The notes beneath the pieces were generated by a model, which saw nothing but the letters and a program-made list of their open reading frames with translations, made no database searches and was not told where the DNA came from. Positions 24,303 to 37,838 of a DNA stretch of 64,000 nucleotides are shown here, one piece after another. The position numbers and the translations under genes were made by a program. The DNA comes from Octopus bimaculoides (taxonomy: Eukaryota): positions 76,111,339 to 76,175,338 of the forward strand of contig NC_068983.1 in NCBI RefSeq assembly GCF_001194135.2, read 5' to 3'. Position 1 is the first letter of the stretch. Each line of letters opens with the position of its first letter.

Positions 24303-27240
24303 CATTTTTTTATTGAGAGCCCTCCTCTAATATGTGACACTTGGTGAAGAATGGAGTTTGATGTCGCTACTCTCATTTGAACCTCTTGCTGTGAGGTAGG
24401 TTCATCTGGGACTCTCGACTGGAAGAGGTTCAGTTTTGACTTGAAAACAAGTACATCCACTTTCTGTAGGCCCCTCAGGCTATTTAGGAGAATATTAAAA
24501 AGCTGTGGGGACCTGAAACCCAGGCTCTAACTGGTCCTGACACGCGATGGCATTGCTGGGATCTTTGGCACTGTGCAGTGTCGACCCGTTCTGGCATTGG
24601 TGTAGGCTTTCAATGCCAACATTTGGCACAATTCCTTCCAGGATGTTCGAGATGTATATTATTGCATACTTCTCCGGCTTTCGCTCCAGGGAGTAGAGTC
24701 TTAGCTGATTCAGCCTTTGCCAGTAGCAGAGCTTTTGCAATGAGACGATCTTCTTTGTGAAGCTTCACTAGATTGCTTCAAGGTCCGCTGTTAAATTTAC
24801 ACTGTTGGGTGACCATAGCTTGGAGAAGTAATCCAGGCGGCTGAGGACGAATATCTTCCAGAGGACCATCATGGATTCTTTTTCTCTGGTTCTGGACGTT
24901 CTCAGGATCCATCTAGCCAGTCGTCTGCACTTTGTCGCCATCCTGGTAATGTGCACTTGGAAAGAAGTGTCATCACTCATGTCGATACCCAAGTCCCCCA
25001 CTGATTTAGGCTCTGGGATTGTAATCCTCTGTGGACCAGTGTACCCTGAAAGTTTTATATTTCATTTTAGACGCTGGTCGTGCAGGGCTTGGAATTTTTC
25101 AGCATTAAACTGCATATTATTATCCTCAGCCCATCTGTAAACTGAGTCCAACTCTTGCGGCAAGTGTGCAACATCGCTGGAGTTCTGAATTTTCTGCGAG
25201 ACTTTCGTATCGCATGCGCAGCTAGCAAAGGTGGTTATCCGGGCAGTTGAGGGCATATCTGAGAGGGCCACTATGAAAATCAGTGGTTCTAAGACAGTGC
25301 TCTGTGTAACACCGTTCACTAATTGTGTTTTCATTAAGGTGGCTCCATTGGCCACTGCTGCCTGACTTCTATCTTTCAGAAAGTCATGTAACCACGCTCC
25401 AAGTTTTCCAGTTATGCCAAGATCACGCAGTTTGTGGCATATCATACCATGATCTACCTTATCCAAAACGTTTGCAAAATCAAGGTATATCACGTCCACA
25501 TTTGAGTTGTTGAGTAATCTGCCTCAACATCCAGTCATAGTGCTGTAAGAGCTGGGTGAAGCAGCACCTACCTGGTCGAAAGCCATGCTGGTTATCTCTC
25601 AACAAATTATTTTCTTCAAGGAATACGATTAGTTTCTCTCTGACTATCCGTTGCATGACTTTGCTGATGTGTGAAGTCAGAGATATAGGCCTATAGTTTT
25701 TGGCATCTGCTCTGTTACTCCCTTTATGGATTAATCATATTATTCCCTCCTTCAGCTTGCTTGGCAGCCTGCCATTTGCAAGAAAGGTCTGGAAGAGAAT
25801 CTGTAGAGGTTTTGCAAATGGACGCTTACACGATTTGTGGAGGACTGCTGAGAAACTATCAGGACCATCAGTTGAGTTTGCGTCCACCTCATCGTAACTG
25901 CCTCGCTGGTTATAGGTGAGGTGGCAAAGGAATCCACCGGTTAGTTCACTTTTCTGTGTTCCAACGGGGTGGTAAAGACACTTTTGAACTAGTCATTCAG
26001 TACCTCACTGATCCTGGTTGGACTATCTGTGATGGAGCCATCCTTCATGAAGAGGAATCGTATCTTGCAGCGTACTGAGGCTGTTTATTTCGCATAATGA
26101 AAGAAGGCCTTTGGGTTTGGCTTAATGCTTTTTATAACCCAGGCTTCTTTGTCTGCTCTCTCCCTCACATAGGATTATTGCAGGCTTTTTTCATTCTTCA
26201 TCAGTGTTGTTTTTAGGCGGGACCTTTCGCTACTTTTGGAATGCTGGTTGAAGCGATTTGCAACCTTCGTCTGTCGTCTCATGAGGATCTTCCTTTCCTT
26301 TGGAATCTTGTTCCTTTTTGTGTTCGCCTTGTGCTCTGGGACATATTTCTGGCGTATGGTTTGCATAATAAACATGAAATATTCTAGTTTCATGCCAATG
26401 TCTGGTGTGGAGAGACATTCCGGCCAGTCCTGTCTGAGGATCTCTTTTTGGATAGACTCCTAGTCTGCTTTGTGGAAGTTCAGATTGGAGAGATTTTTGG
26501 TGCTTCTCTTAGGCTGTATGTCGCTGGCATCTTTTGGTGCATACAACTTTCTCCATGAATAGGGCAATGGTGAGGTTGAACAAGAACACTGCCTGTGCTT
26601 GTTTGCAATGAGTCATTCCTGAGAGCATGAGGCTTTCGGGCTATTTGACATTGGGGAAGTTGAAATCTCCCATAAGGAATATGCTCACGTAGTGTTCCAG
26701 TTTCATGAGGATTTCTTTAATTTTTGTGAGGCAATCTTCAAAGTTGCCTATGTGGTTTGGAGCATCCGGTGGGAGATATGTATTCCATTTGAGTATATTT
26801 TGTTGTCTTATGTATAGAATTAGAGTGTCACATACTGAATTTGAGTGTGACAGTAAGACCTGGGGTATGAGGTCATCAGGGAGGTATATAGCAACTCCAT
26901 TATGACTCCTTTCCCCTCTGTCTGTTCGCAGTATGGTATATTTTGGTACGTGTACTTCTTCATCAGGGCTCAGATGAGATTCCACGAGTGCTACGCATTG
27001 GGCTTGATTGCATGCAGCAAGGTCTCTCAGGAAAAAAAAAACCTTTGCTTTTGTTTTGCTTTTGTTGTTGAAAGATATATACATATGTATATGTATATAA
27101 CTTTCACCACTTGCGTCTAAGAAGAGGCATTGAAACGCTCCTCGCTTTAAGTGTATCAGGAAAGGCCTGGCTGGATGCCCAACGTTCCGGGTGTATAACA
27201 GCACTTAGAAAAATTGAAGGACCGCTGCAATAACTGTGTG
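24303..27240 (-). mobile_element. CR1-group LINE, near-complete but inactivated ORF2 (APE endonuclease + reverse transcriptase)
   Basis: ORF 26641-27204: VALVESHLSPDEEV...ILRTDRGERSHNGVAIYL...LMGDFNFPNV (APE). ORF 25062-25499: DVIYLDFANVLDKVDHGMICHKL...WLHDFLKDRSQ...NGVTQSTVLEPLIF...SCACDTK (RT with decayed GVPQGSVLGP and FADD). ORF 24768-25001: DLGIDMSDDTSFQVHI...SRLDYFSKLWSP. ORF 24495-24740: YWQRLNQLRLYSLERK. AATAAA near the 3' end. Many stops and frameshifts. Confidence 0.93.
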
Positions 27241-27696
27241 AATCTCAGAGGAGAATATGTTGGATAAAATCATAATTAACTGATCTGTCTGCATTTTCTT
27301 TTACCCAAAGCCTGGAACTTTTCTGAACCCACTCGTGCATATGCATACGCACACCCACGCACGTAGATACACACTTATAGTTTATATCGAAACTAAATTC
27401 TTAGCATTTGATATAACATGCTAAATGCTAAGAATTTCGTTAATGAAGGATCAGTCTATTTGCATGAAGTCGTTACACTTATGAGGCCGTCTTGCTTTGC
27501 GTGTTTATTTCGTCATTCGATTGTGCTTCAAGTAAAGATGTCTGGGGATATGAATAAATAATAAAAATGGCATTTTATTTTATTGCATATGCATTGCAAG
27601 AATATGTGTATGGGATATAAAAGAAAACACGTTCCTTTACTGAGACGATCGTAACATGGATTTCAATTTCTCATTTCCTCTTTAAAATTATAAACA

Positions 27697-27785
27697 TTCT
27701 TCTTCTTCTTCTTCTTCTTCTTCTTCTTCTTCTTCTTCTTCTTCTTCTTCTTCTTCTTCTTCTTCTTCTTCTTCTTCTTCTTCTT
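27697..27785. repeat. (TTC)n microsatellite
   Basis: Seen directly. Confidence 0.97.
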
Positions 27786-27860
27786 GTTATTATTATTGTA
27801 TATGTGCGTGTGTGCGTTCTCGGTTGAATATGTATGTATGTATATATATAAAATATGTAT

Positions 27861-28007
27861 CAGGCGCGGTCTCAAGAATTTTTCAAAGGGCAGACACAAG
27901 CTCAGGAGAAAAGGGTATAATAACATTATTTAGAAGGGTGCACTTCTTTTCTTGAAGGTGGCGCGTGCCCCTCAGCCCCTCTCCCTTGGGTCTTGGATCC
28001 GCCCCTG
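27861..28007. mobile_element. Small MITE with CAGGGGCGGATCCAAG-type TIRs (superfamily uncertain)
   Basis: Right end CTTGGATCCGCCCCTG (reverse complement CAGGGGCGGATCCAAG); left end CAGGCGCGGTCTCAAG. TAT flanks both sides. Confidence 0.6.
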
Positions 28008-28071
<64 letters not shown>

Positions 28072-28093
28072 CATATTCATAAGTATAGTGATG

Positions 28094-28124
<31 letters not shown>

Positions 28125-29427
28125 GAATAACGTCGACCACTAACGTGGACAATTAATGCGCTAGAAATAGATCACATCTTGTGTCTATTAAGACCTAAAT
28201 TGTTCTCAACATGAAATATAGCAGCATACCAAAAACGTGAGCGGGCAATACATTTAAAATCACCTAAAAAAGCATTATTNNNNNNNNNNNNNNNNNNNNN
28301 NNNNNNNNNNNNNNNNNNNNNNNNNNNNNNNNNNNNNNNNNNNNNNNNNNNNNNNNNNNNNNNNNNNNNNNNNNNNNNNNNNNNNNNNNNNNNNNNNNNN
28401 NNNNNNNNNNNNNNNNNNNNNNNNNNNNNNNNNNNNNNNNNNNNNNNNNNNNNNNNNNNNNNNNNNNNNNNNNNNNNNNNNNNNNNNNNNNNNNNNNNNN
28501 NNNNNNNNNNNNNNNNNNNNNNNNNNNNNNNNNNNNNNNNNNNNNNNNNNNNNNNNNNNNNNNNNNNNNNNNNNNNNNNNNNNNNNNNNNNNNNNNNNNN
28601 NNNNNNNNNNNNNNNNNNNNNNNNNNNNNNNNNNNNNNNNNNNNNNNNNNNNNNNNNNNNNNNNNNNNNNNNNNNNNNTATATATATATATATATATATA
28701 TGCATGTATATATATATTCCTTTCTATTTCTTTCTGTTTCGCTTCCTACAATTTCCTGTTGTCTTACAATAAAATCTTTGCAACGGAGAAGGATGTAGTT
28801 TTCACGGATGGCGGAAGTCGTACTTGTTTACTTAAACACTGTCTCATCACACAACAAACACACCTGTGCAGACATAAGCACAAACTCACAATGATACATT
28901 TTATATAAAGAAGCAATGTATATATGTGTGTGTGTGTGTGTATATATATACATATAATATAAACATACACGCACAATACATTATGCATATAGAAGTTTGT
29001 AAAGTGAGTATTATGTACTAGTGTACGTATGTAAGCGACTAAGGTTGCGTGTGATGAATTTCAAAGCTTAACATTTTCTTCGGTTTTCTTCCATTTACGT
29101 AATATTACGGACACAATCGTACATGCACACACTCACGAAGTCACTCACGCACATATACCGCTTTATATTATCATTGATTTAACATTACGTGCGTCTCTGT
29201 GTTCTCTATGTGTGTGTATGTAGGTGAATATGTTTGTGAGAAAAAAAAATCAACCCAAGACAACTGGAATGGAAGGAGATGTATACAGATTAGATTGCAA
29301 TTTGCTGCCATTGGTGATGACATCCTGTTATTCTGACTAAATTGGAAATAACAGAAGGAAATCTTTGGAGAATTTCTCGTAACAAGCACAACAAAGCGCA
29401 TGCATATATTCATACATATTCACATGT

Positions 29428-29482
<55 letters not shown>

Positions 29483-29842
29483 TTTATGTTTATATAAAGA
29501 GAGACACGTACGCGTTGATACATGCGCCATTCATTGTCCGGCGGAGCAAGAGAGTAGGATGAAAGATAAAGAAAGACTGAGACTGAGAAAGTAGAATGTT
29601 ATAAGTCTGTATGTGTGCGTGCAATGGTGTATATGTTGGAGGAGTACGTATATTGAAATGTAGTACGCGGGTGGGGGTAAGTAGGAATAGTATTAAACAA
29701 ATGGTATGTCTTCGAGAAAACGTATAAAGAATTGAAGAAAGCTGAAAGAAAATGAAAGGAAAATGCGAGGAAACGGACGAGAAAGAGTAGTATCTATATG
29801 ATATGAGAAGATACGTAATTGTATTTTTATATATACTATATA

Positions 29843-30075
29843 CAAGGTTGACCAAAATTCACCCGACAGTAATTCAAAATTCCATAAATGCTACCTGTAA
29901 TTCTGTATTGACTCGAATGGAAGAATGTGACGTTCATGAATGACTTCAGTTTGAACAATTTTCATGATGTTTCATATTTAGATGCTTTTGTTAAATTCAT
30001 TCAGTTGTTAAACATAAATAAATCTTGGAGTTAAAGGATTTTGTTTTACTGTCAGGTGACTTTTGGCCAACCCTG
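29843..30075. mobile_element. Tc1/mariner-type MITE with TA target-site duplication
   Basis: TA|CAAGGTTGACCAAAATTCACCCGACAGTAA ... TTACTGTCAGGTGACTTTTGGCCAACCCTG|TA; second copy at 7566-7811. Confidence 0.82.
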
Positions 30076-30188
30076 TATTTGTTCGTGCTATCATAGATGG
30101 TAAAATTAATTTAGGTATCATCCAGGCATCTACCTAACACAAACATTCAGATTTATACAAGCGCACACGCATGTGTGCACTCGCACTT

Positions 30189-30270
<82 letters not shown>

Positions 30271-30640
30271 GCTCTCTGCCAAGTGGTCCCCAAACAAGTT
30301 GGCCTGCATGCGTATAGTTCGTTCGGCAGATCGCGCAAACGAGGCGCTTTGCACCTGTAAAAACACTCATCACCGCCGTATTTCAGCAGCTCTTATCGGG
30401 TTTTAGCAATATCTCGCATATTCTGCCGAGAAACACGGCAGGTTTTCGAGGTAAGAACTGAAGCCATTGCATTATCCGCCATAAGACATTCCCTTAAAAG
30501 TCGAAGGAAATTCTGCAGAAAAGACGCACATGTCTACTCGGAAGCAAGTGGCACGCGCCCGTTCCGAATCGTCAGAAACCTAATTGTGGTCTTGCTTGCA
30601 TGTCACTCTCCATCATTCGGTCACTATCGAATACCTTTTG
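30271..30640. promoter_or_regulatory. CpG-rich unique island; candidate promoter, first exon or enhancer
   Basis: Visibly higher GC and CpG density than the surroundings, with no similarity to the window's repeats. Plus-strand donor-like GAG|GTAAGA at 30450/30451. Flanked by (CA)n(CT)n and a long pyrimidine tract. Function is inference. Confidence 0.3.
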
Positions 30641-31559
30641 TTTTAGCATGAAAGCCTTGTCTCTTACAAAGAAACCATCCTCTCATCCTGATTCCCCCTT
30701 CCCTCTTCCCCTCTTTTCTTTCTCCACCACCTTTTCCTCCTCCCCCTCCTCCTCCTTCTCTACCCTTCTCTACCCTTCTCTCCCTTCTACTCTTAACCTT
30801 TACTTCTTTTTACTTTCCTTTTCCTATCCCACTTCTCTTTCGACCCTCCTCTGCTCCTTCTAATCCTTATCGTCATCGTCATACGCCTCCTCATTATTTC
30901 CCTCCTACTCCTCCCCATCGTCATCAGGATAAGGGTGACAACAGCGACAAAAACACCAAAACAGTAACAACAACAACCACAACATTAATATCAAAATATA
31001 ACAATAAAGATTGCCATAAAGAAACCAACAAATAGCATAACACATAAAGCAGAGCTACATTGCAATACCAACCAAAGACAAGAAGAAAACTGAATAAGAC
31101 GAACTATTGATAGAGAAGTCAGCACTCCAAGTATCTGCATTACATATGAGAAAATATAATAACAGTAAGTATTATCGACATTATCACCGCCATATTCACT
31201 GACGTTCCCAGTAGAATTGGCGAACACGAAAAGTAAACAACAAAACCAACGATAATAAAACCAACGTCGACGACAACAACAACAACAATAACAAGTACAG
31301 TAGTGATGAAAGCAGCAGCAACAATAAGTATAACGAATTCATTGAATGTTTCAGGCAAATCTTTTAAAATCTAAAATGAACATAAACTACCTCAAGGGAC
31401 ACTATTAATTCAAAGGAATATATAAAATATACGTTGATATCGTGTAAGTATGTATTTATAAATGTACATATGTATAAGAATATATGAATATATATGCATA
31501 TATGTATGTATATAAATATATACACACACAGGTATGCAATATATATATATACATACATT

Positions 31560-31560
31560 C

Positions 31561-31628
<68 letters not shown>

Positions 31629-31633
31629 CTTCG

Positions 31634-31665
<32 letters not shown>

Positions 31666-31680
31666 TCTCTCTCTCTCTTC
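31560..31680. repeat. (ATCT)n followed by (CT)n microsatellite, running into a gap
   Basis: Seen directly. Confidence 0.95.
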
Positions 31681-32480
31681 NNNNNNNNNNNNNNNNNNNN
31701 NNNNNNNNNNNNNNNNNNNNNNNNNNNNNNNNNNNNNNNNNNNNNNNNNNNNNNNNNNNNNNNNNNNNNNNNNNNNNNNNNNNNNNNNNNNNNNNNNNNN
31801 NNNNNNNNNNNNNNNNNNNNNNNNNNNNNNNNNNNNNNNNNNNNNNNNNNNNNNNNNNNNNNNNNNNNNNNNNNNNNNNNNNNNNNNNNNNNNNNNNNNN
31901 NNNNNNNNNNNNNNNNNNNNNNNNNNNNNNNNNNNNNNNNNNNNNNNNNNNNNNNNNNNNNNNNNNNNNNNNNNNNNNNNNNNNNNNNNNNNNNNNNNNN
32001 NNNNNNNNNNNNNNNNNNNNNNNNNNNNNNNNNNNNNNNNNNNNNNNNNNNNNNNNNNNNNNNNNNNNNNNNNNNNNNNNNNNNNNNNNNNNNNNNNNNN
32101 NNNNNNNNNNNNNNNNNNNNNNNNNNNNNNNNNNNNNNNNNNNNNNNNNNNNNNNNNNNNNNNNNNNNNNNNNNNNNNNNNNNNNNNNNNNNNNNNNNNN
32201 NNNNNNNNNNNNNNNNNNNNNNNNNNNNNNNNNNNNNNNNNNNNNNNNNNNNNNNNNNNNNNNNNNNNNNNNNNNNNNNNNNNNNNNNNNNNNNNNNNNN
32301 NNNNNNNNNNNNNNNNNNNNNNNNNNNNNNNNNNNNNNNNNNNNNNNNNNNNNNNNNNNNNNNNNNNNNNNNNNNNNNNNNNNNNNNNNNNNNNNNNNNN
32401 NNNNNNNNNNNNNNNNNNNNNNNNNNNNNNNNNNNNNNNNNNNNNNNNNNNNNNNNNNNNNNNNNNNNNNNNNNNNNNNN

Positions 32481-32527
<47 letters not shown>

Positions 32528-34237
32528 TACACACATATATACGTGTGTGTGAGTGTATGTGCATATATGTATACGCGTGTGTATATATTAAATGTACGCA
32601 TTCATAAATGTATGTGCATACATATATTACAAAGAAAACGAGGATGGAAAGAGACTGAGAGATAGAGATTTATACCTATAACAGCTTCCCGCAAACACAC
32701 GTACATTTACATACATACACCTCTCCTCATTATCACTACATCATCTTTAATGCTGAAACGAAAAAAGGAAGCAGCAACAAGAATAAAACCTAACGCTACT
32801 TGTATGATTATACACTTGCATAGATACATTATTATAAATATACATATGCATATATATATATATANNNNNNNNNNNNNNNNNNNNNNNNNNNNNNNNNNNN
32901 NNNNNNNNNNNNNNNNNNNNNNNNNNNNNNNNNNNNNNNNNNNNNNNNNNNNNNNNNNNNNNNNNNNNNNNNNNNNNNNNNNNNNNNNNNNNNNNNNNNN
33001 NNNNNNNNNNNNNNNNNNNNNNNNNNNNNNNNNNNNNNNNNNNNNNNNNNNNNNNNNNNNNNNNNNNNNNNNNNNNNNNNNNNNNNNNNNNNNNNNNNNN
33101 NNNNNNNNNNNNNNNNNNNNNNNNNNNNNNNNNNNNNNNNNNNNNNNNNNNNNNNNNNNNNNNNNNNNNNNNNNNNNNNNNNNNNNNNNNNNNNNNNNNN
33201 NNNNNNNNNNNNNNNNNNNNNNNNNNNNNNNNNNNNNNNNNNNNNNNNNNNNNNNNNNNNNNNNNNNNNNNNNNNNNNNNNNNNNNNNNNNNNNNNNNNN
33301 NNNNNNNNNNNNNNNNNNNNNNNNNNNNNNNNNNNNNNNNNNNNNNNNNNNNNNNNNNNNNNNNNNNNNNNNNNNNNNNNNNNNNNNNNNNNNNNNNNNN
33401 NNNNNNNNNNNNNNNNNNNNNNNNNTATATATACATATATATATCCATACGCATACACACAGATAAAGAGTTGAGAGAGACACGAAGTGGAAATATGACC
33501 ACCCATATACATACATATTTGCAATCTCATCACCATACATATATACACACACGCAACCATACATTAATCTTGGCAACAATTTGTATTCTACGAAAGTTTT
33601 GGTTTCAATATAATGAACGAGATTTGCCAACTTTTAAGGGGAAGTTATTCGAAGATGGTGGAAATAGCGTAGGGGGCTAAATTCAGAATACATAAATGCA
33701 TAAATACATACATAAATAAACTCAAATAAAAGGCTAAAACCATCGCATATGAAGAATTCTTTAACTGTAAAATATGGTAAAAATTCTTGAACGAATGCCA
33801 AAAATAGTTCCGAAAAATGGTTTGCTTCTTGATAAAATAAGAAATTCGATCTTTTTCGCGTGTCTTCTAATATATTTCAATAACATGAGAGTAGCTGCTA
33901 GCAGACATTGGGGCGGAGAAACAAAGAGAGTAAGAGAGAGAGAGAGAGGGTGAGAGAGAGACAGCGGGAGAAGAAGAGACAAATGGAGAGATATAGGAAG
34001 ACATATAGATAGAAAATTAGTAAGATGAGGTTTAGTTCTATAAAGCCCAGATTTTAGATCGATTGGAACGTACAGCTTGATTAGCACCGAATAGTAAATA
34101 TAATGAAGAAAGAAACCAAAAACCAAACTGAAAGATCAAAACCAATAACTATGCCATATTTTACTCTGTTCTTGAAAGGACCAGACCTGTTACAGATTAC
34201 ATGAAATTGGGGCATGTCCTGTTTACACTATATGTAA

Positions 34238-34268
<31 letters not shown>

Positions 34269-34584
34269 CCTTAGTGTATGTGTGTGTATATATATATTTA
34301 TCTCCTCATATAAAAATAGTGTGTGAGAGAGAGGGGAGGGAGAGATAGCGAAAAAAAGAGGAGAAAGATATTTGAGGGTATGGCCAAGAGAAATAGAACA
34401 GAATATGCAAATATTTCTTCAGTGACTCTCTGCTCTTGAGTCAATTATGTATCTTTACAGCTAAAATTATTCATATATATATTTATCTATAAATCAATAT
34501 ACATCTATTTATGTGTGTATTTATACACAATATATCTACCTATGCATATATATATACATATGTATGTATATACATATGTATGTG

Positions 34585-34618
<34 letters not shown>

Positions 34619-36264
34619 TATATACATAGATATGTATGAATATATGTATATATATATATATATGTGTATGTATGGATGTATATATANNNNNNNNNNNNNN
34701 NNNNNNNNNNNNNNNNNNNNNNNNNNNNNNNNNNNNNNNNNNNNNNNNNNNNNNNNNNNNNNNNNNNNNNNNNNNNNNNNNNNNNNNNNNNNNNNNNNNN
34801 NNNNNNNNNNNNNNNNNNNNNNNNNNNNNNNNNNNNNNNNNNNNNNNNNNNNNNNNNNNNNNNNNNNNNNNNNNNNNNNNNNNNNNNNNNNNNNNNNNNN
34901 NNNNNNNNNNNNNNNNNNNNNNNNNNNNNNNNNNNNNNNNNNNNNNNNNNNNNNNNNNNNNNNNNNNNNNNNNNNNNNNNNNNNNNNNNNNNNNNNNNNN
35001 NNNNNNNNNNNNNNNNNNNNNNNNNNNNNNNNNNNNNNNNNNNNNNNNNNNNNNNNNNNNNNNNNNNNNNNNNNNNNNNNNNNNNNNNNNNNNNNNNNNN
35101 NNNNNNNNNNNNNNNNNNNNNNNNNNNNNNNNNNNNNNNNNNNNNNNNNNNNNNNNNNNNNNNNNNNNNNNNNNNNNNNNNNNNNNNNNNNNNNNNNNNN
35201 NNNNNNNNNNNNNNNNNNNNNNNNNNNNNNNNNNNNNNNNNNNNNNNNNNNNNNNNNNNNNNNNNNNNNNNNNNNNNNNNNNNNNNNNNNNNNNNNNNNN
35301 NNNNNNNNNNNNNNNNNNNNNNNNNNNNNNNNNNNNNNNNNNNNNNNNNNNNNNNNNNNNNNNNNNNNNNNNNNNNNNNNNNNNNNNNNNNNNNNNNNNN
35401 NNNNNNNNNNNNNNNNNNNNNNNNNNNNNNNNNNNNNNNNNNNNNNNNNNNNNNNNNNNNNNNNNNNNNNNNNNNNNNNNNNNNNNNNNNNNNNNNNNNN
35501 NNNNNNNNNNNNTATATATATATATATATACATATACTCACATGCGCGTTGAGTATTGGCATAGTGAATATATGATGTCGCATATTGTTCTAATAGCTTG
35601 GTGACAGAAATAAAGGCAAATCAATCATCAGATGAAATGACACGAACAATTTTCCTCGAAGGAATGCTTAATCATACTTATTAGTTCTCTGTATGAGTGG
35701 ATTCTGAGCTGTAACATCGGCACAACCGTGTTAACCCATACTGACAAGTTGTATGGTGTTATATAGATTTTACAAAAGTAAATCAAATAATTAAGAAACA
35801 AGACATGTTGAATAGGCAATTAAATAGTGATAATGCTTAAATTTTACAGCTGCTTCTAATGGATAATTTGAATTTAATTCTACTTATGCAGATAGTTGAT
35901 ACACTATATGTTTATAGCTCAGACTGGTGGTTTCGATTTTATTTCGGTAGAGAAACGTGTATAGGGCATTGATAAGTAGGCGAGATTTCGCTTTACCTAG
36001 CTCTAAAGTATATTGTGATTTTTAACACTATACTTCTTCCGCACGAAAACAGCAGCTTCTGCTATTTAAACAACACAAATTCATTAAATATGTGATATTG
36101 GTGATATTTATATATATATATGCGTATTCATCAATAAATATATACATTTGCATATATATACAATGTATGTGTGTATATGTATATGTAATTATATCTATCT
36201 ATCCATCTATCTATCTAAATCTCTTTATCTCTTCTCTTTCTCTATTTCCTTCCCTCCCCCTCTC

Positions 36265-36311
<47 letters not shown>

Positions 36312-37838
36312 TAATTGCAACATGGAAAGCTCAAAGTTAGTCATTCAGAAAAACACAAACATTATTATCTTCACTTAAACATTTATTTGTATTATGACTA
36401 AAAGCTTTTTATCAGTGGACACGTCGCAGTTTGGAGCACAGAAAATGTTGATGCCATAACACAAATAAATGTTTAAGTGAAATTAACGATCTTTGTCTCT
36501 TTGTGTGTTTCTGAATAGCTAGCTTGTGTCTTCCACGCTGCAATCGCTTTAGATTCAGCACACGATGTCATATAATAAAAAGAAAAATTACTATGCAAGT
36601 AAANNNNNNNNNNNNNNNNNNNNNNNNNNNNNNNNNNNNNNNNNNNNNNNNNNNNNNNNNNNNNNNNNNNNNNNNNNNNNNNNNNNNNNNNNNNNNNNNN
36701 NNNNNNNNNNNNNNNNNNNNNNNNNNNNNNNNNNNNNNNNNNNNNNNNNNNNNNNNNNNNNNNNNNNNNNNNNNNNNNNNNNNNNNNNNNNNNNNNNNNN
36801 NNNNNNNNNNNNNNNNNNNNNNNNNNNNNNNNNNNNNNNNNNNNNNNNNNNNNNNNNNNNNNNNNNNNNNNNNNNNNNNNNNNNNNNNNNNNNNNNNNNN
36901 NNNNNNNNNNNNNNNNNNNNNNNNNNNNNNNNNNNNNNNNNNNNNNNNNNNNNNNNNNNNNNNNNNNNNNNNNNATATATATATATATATATATACACTT
37001 ATATTACAAACTTATACGTTATATATGTACCTCACGCGTGCACATACGGACACGTACATATATGTATATATCTATCTTTTATTTATGCATACATGCATAT
37101 AGATATAATACACAGGGCCGCGTATATTTATATATATATTTGCTTATTCGCATTCGTGCTCAAACACTTCGGATTTCGACCTTGAACGTGGACCGCCGGC
37201 CATCATCTTTGTAGAACGATATCTAGCGACAACGTCTGGAAACCGAGTTGGGTCATCAGATATATTCGGCTGCAGTGGCTTTTCTAGTTCTCAAGGATCG
37301 ATATGAAAACATTGTTGCATAAAACTGTCAACACTATAGGAATGTTACCGAGCTTTATCATTGTCCTGCCTGATAGAGTCTACTAAGTGCTCCACACTGT
37401 ATCGTTGGCATAAGAGAAACATAATTAGTTCCCAATGTCGAGTCGTTCCTGTTGAAATATATGTTCATATATATACATATGGACATATATGTTTGCATAC
37501 ACATACACACACGTAGACGCATACACACGCGAACACGCGCAAACACACACACGCGAACACACACACACGCACACACACATATGAGAAGATAGGGATAAAT
37601 AATCCTGGCTGGCACCGTAAGGGCACGCGGTTATAATCCAAGTCCTGGCTAACTGCATTGAGCTGTGAGGAACAGCAAGGATTACTTAGAATGAGCAATC
37701 CCACTTGAATTCATCCGGCAGATAAACCCTGGGTTCGCTTCACTAGACTCTGAATATTTTGCTGTATGTATATATTCTTTTATTTGTTTACTTGTTTATT
37801 TGTTTCAGTTATTTGACTTACACATAATATATATACAT

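Noticed and set aside
33905-33925. Adjacent ATTGG (reverse CCAAT) and GGGGCGGAG (GC box)
   Set aside because: Two short motifs with no CpG-rich context or other promoter evidence.
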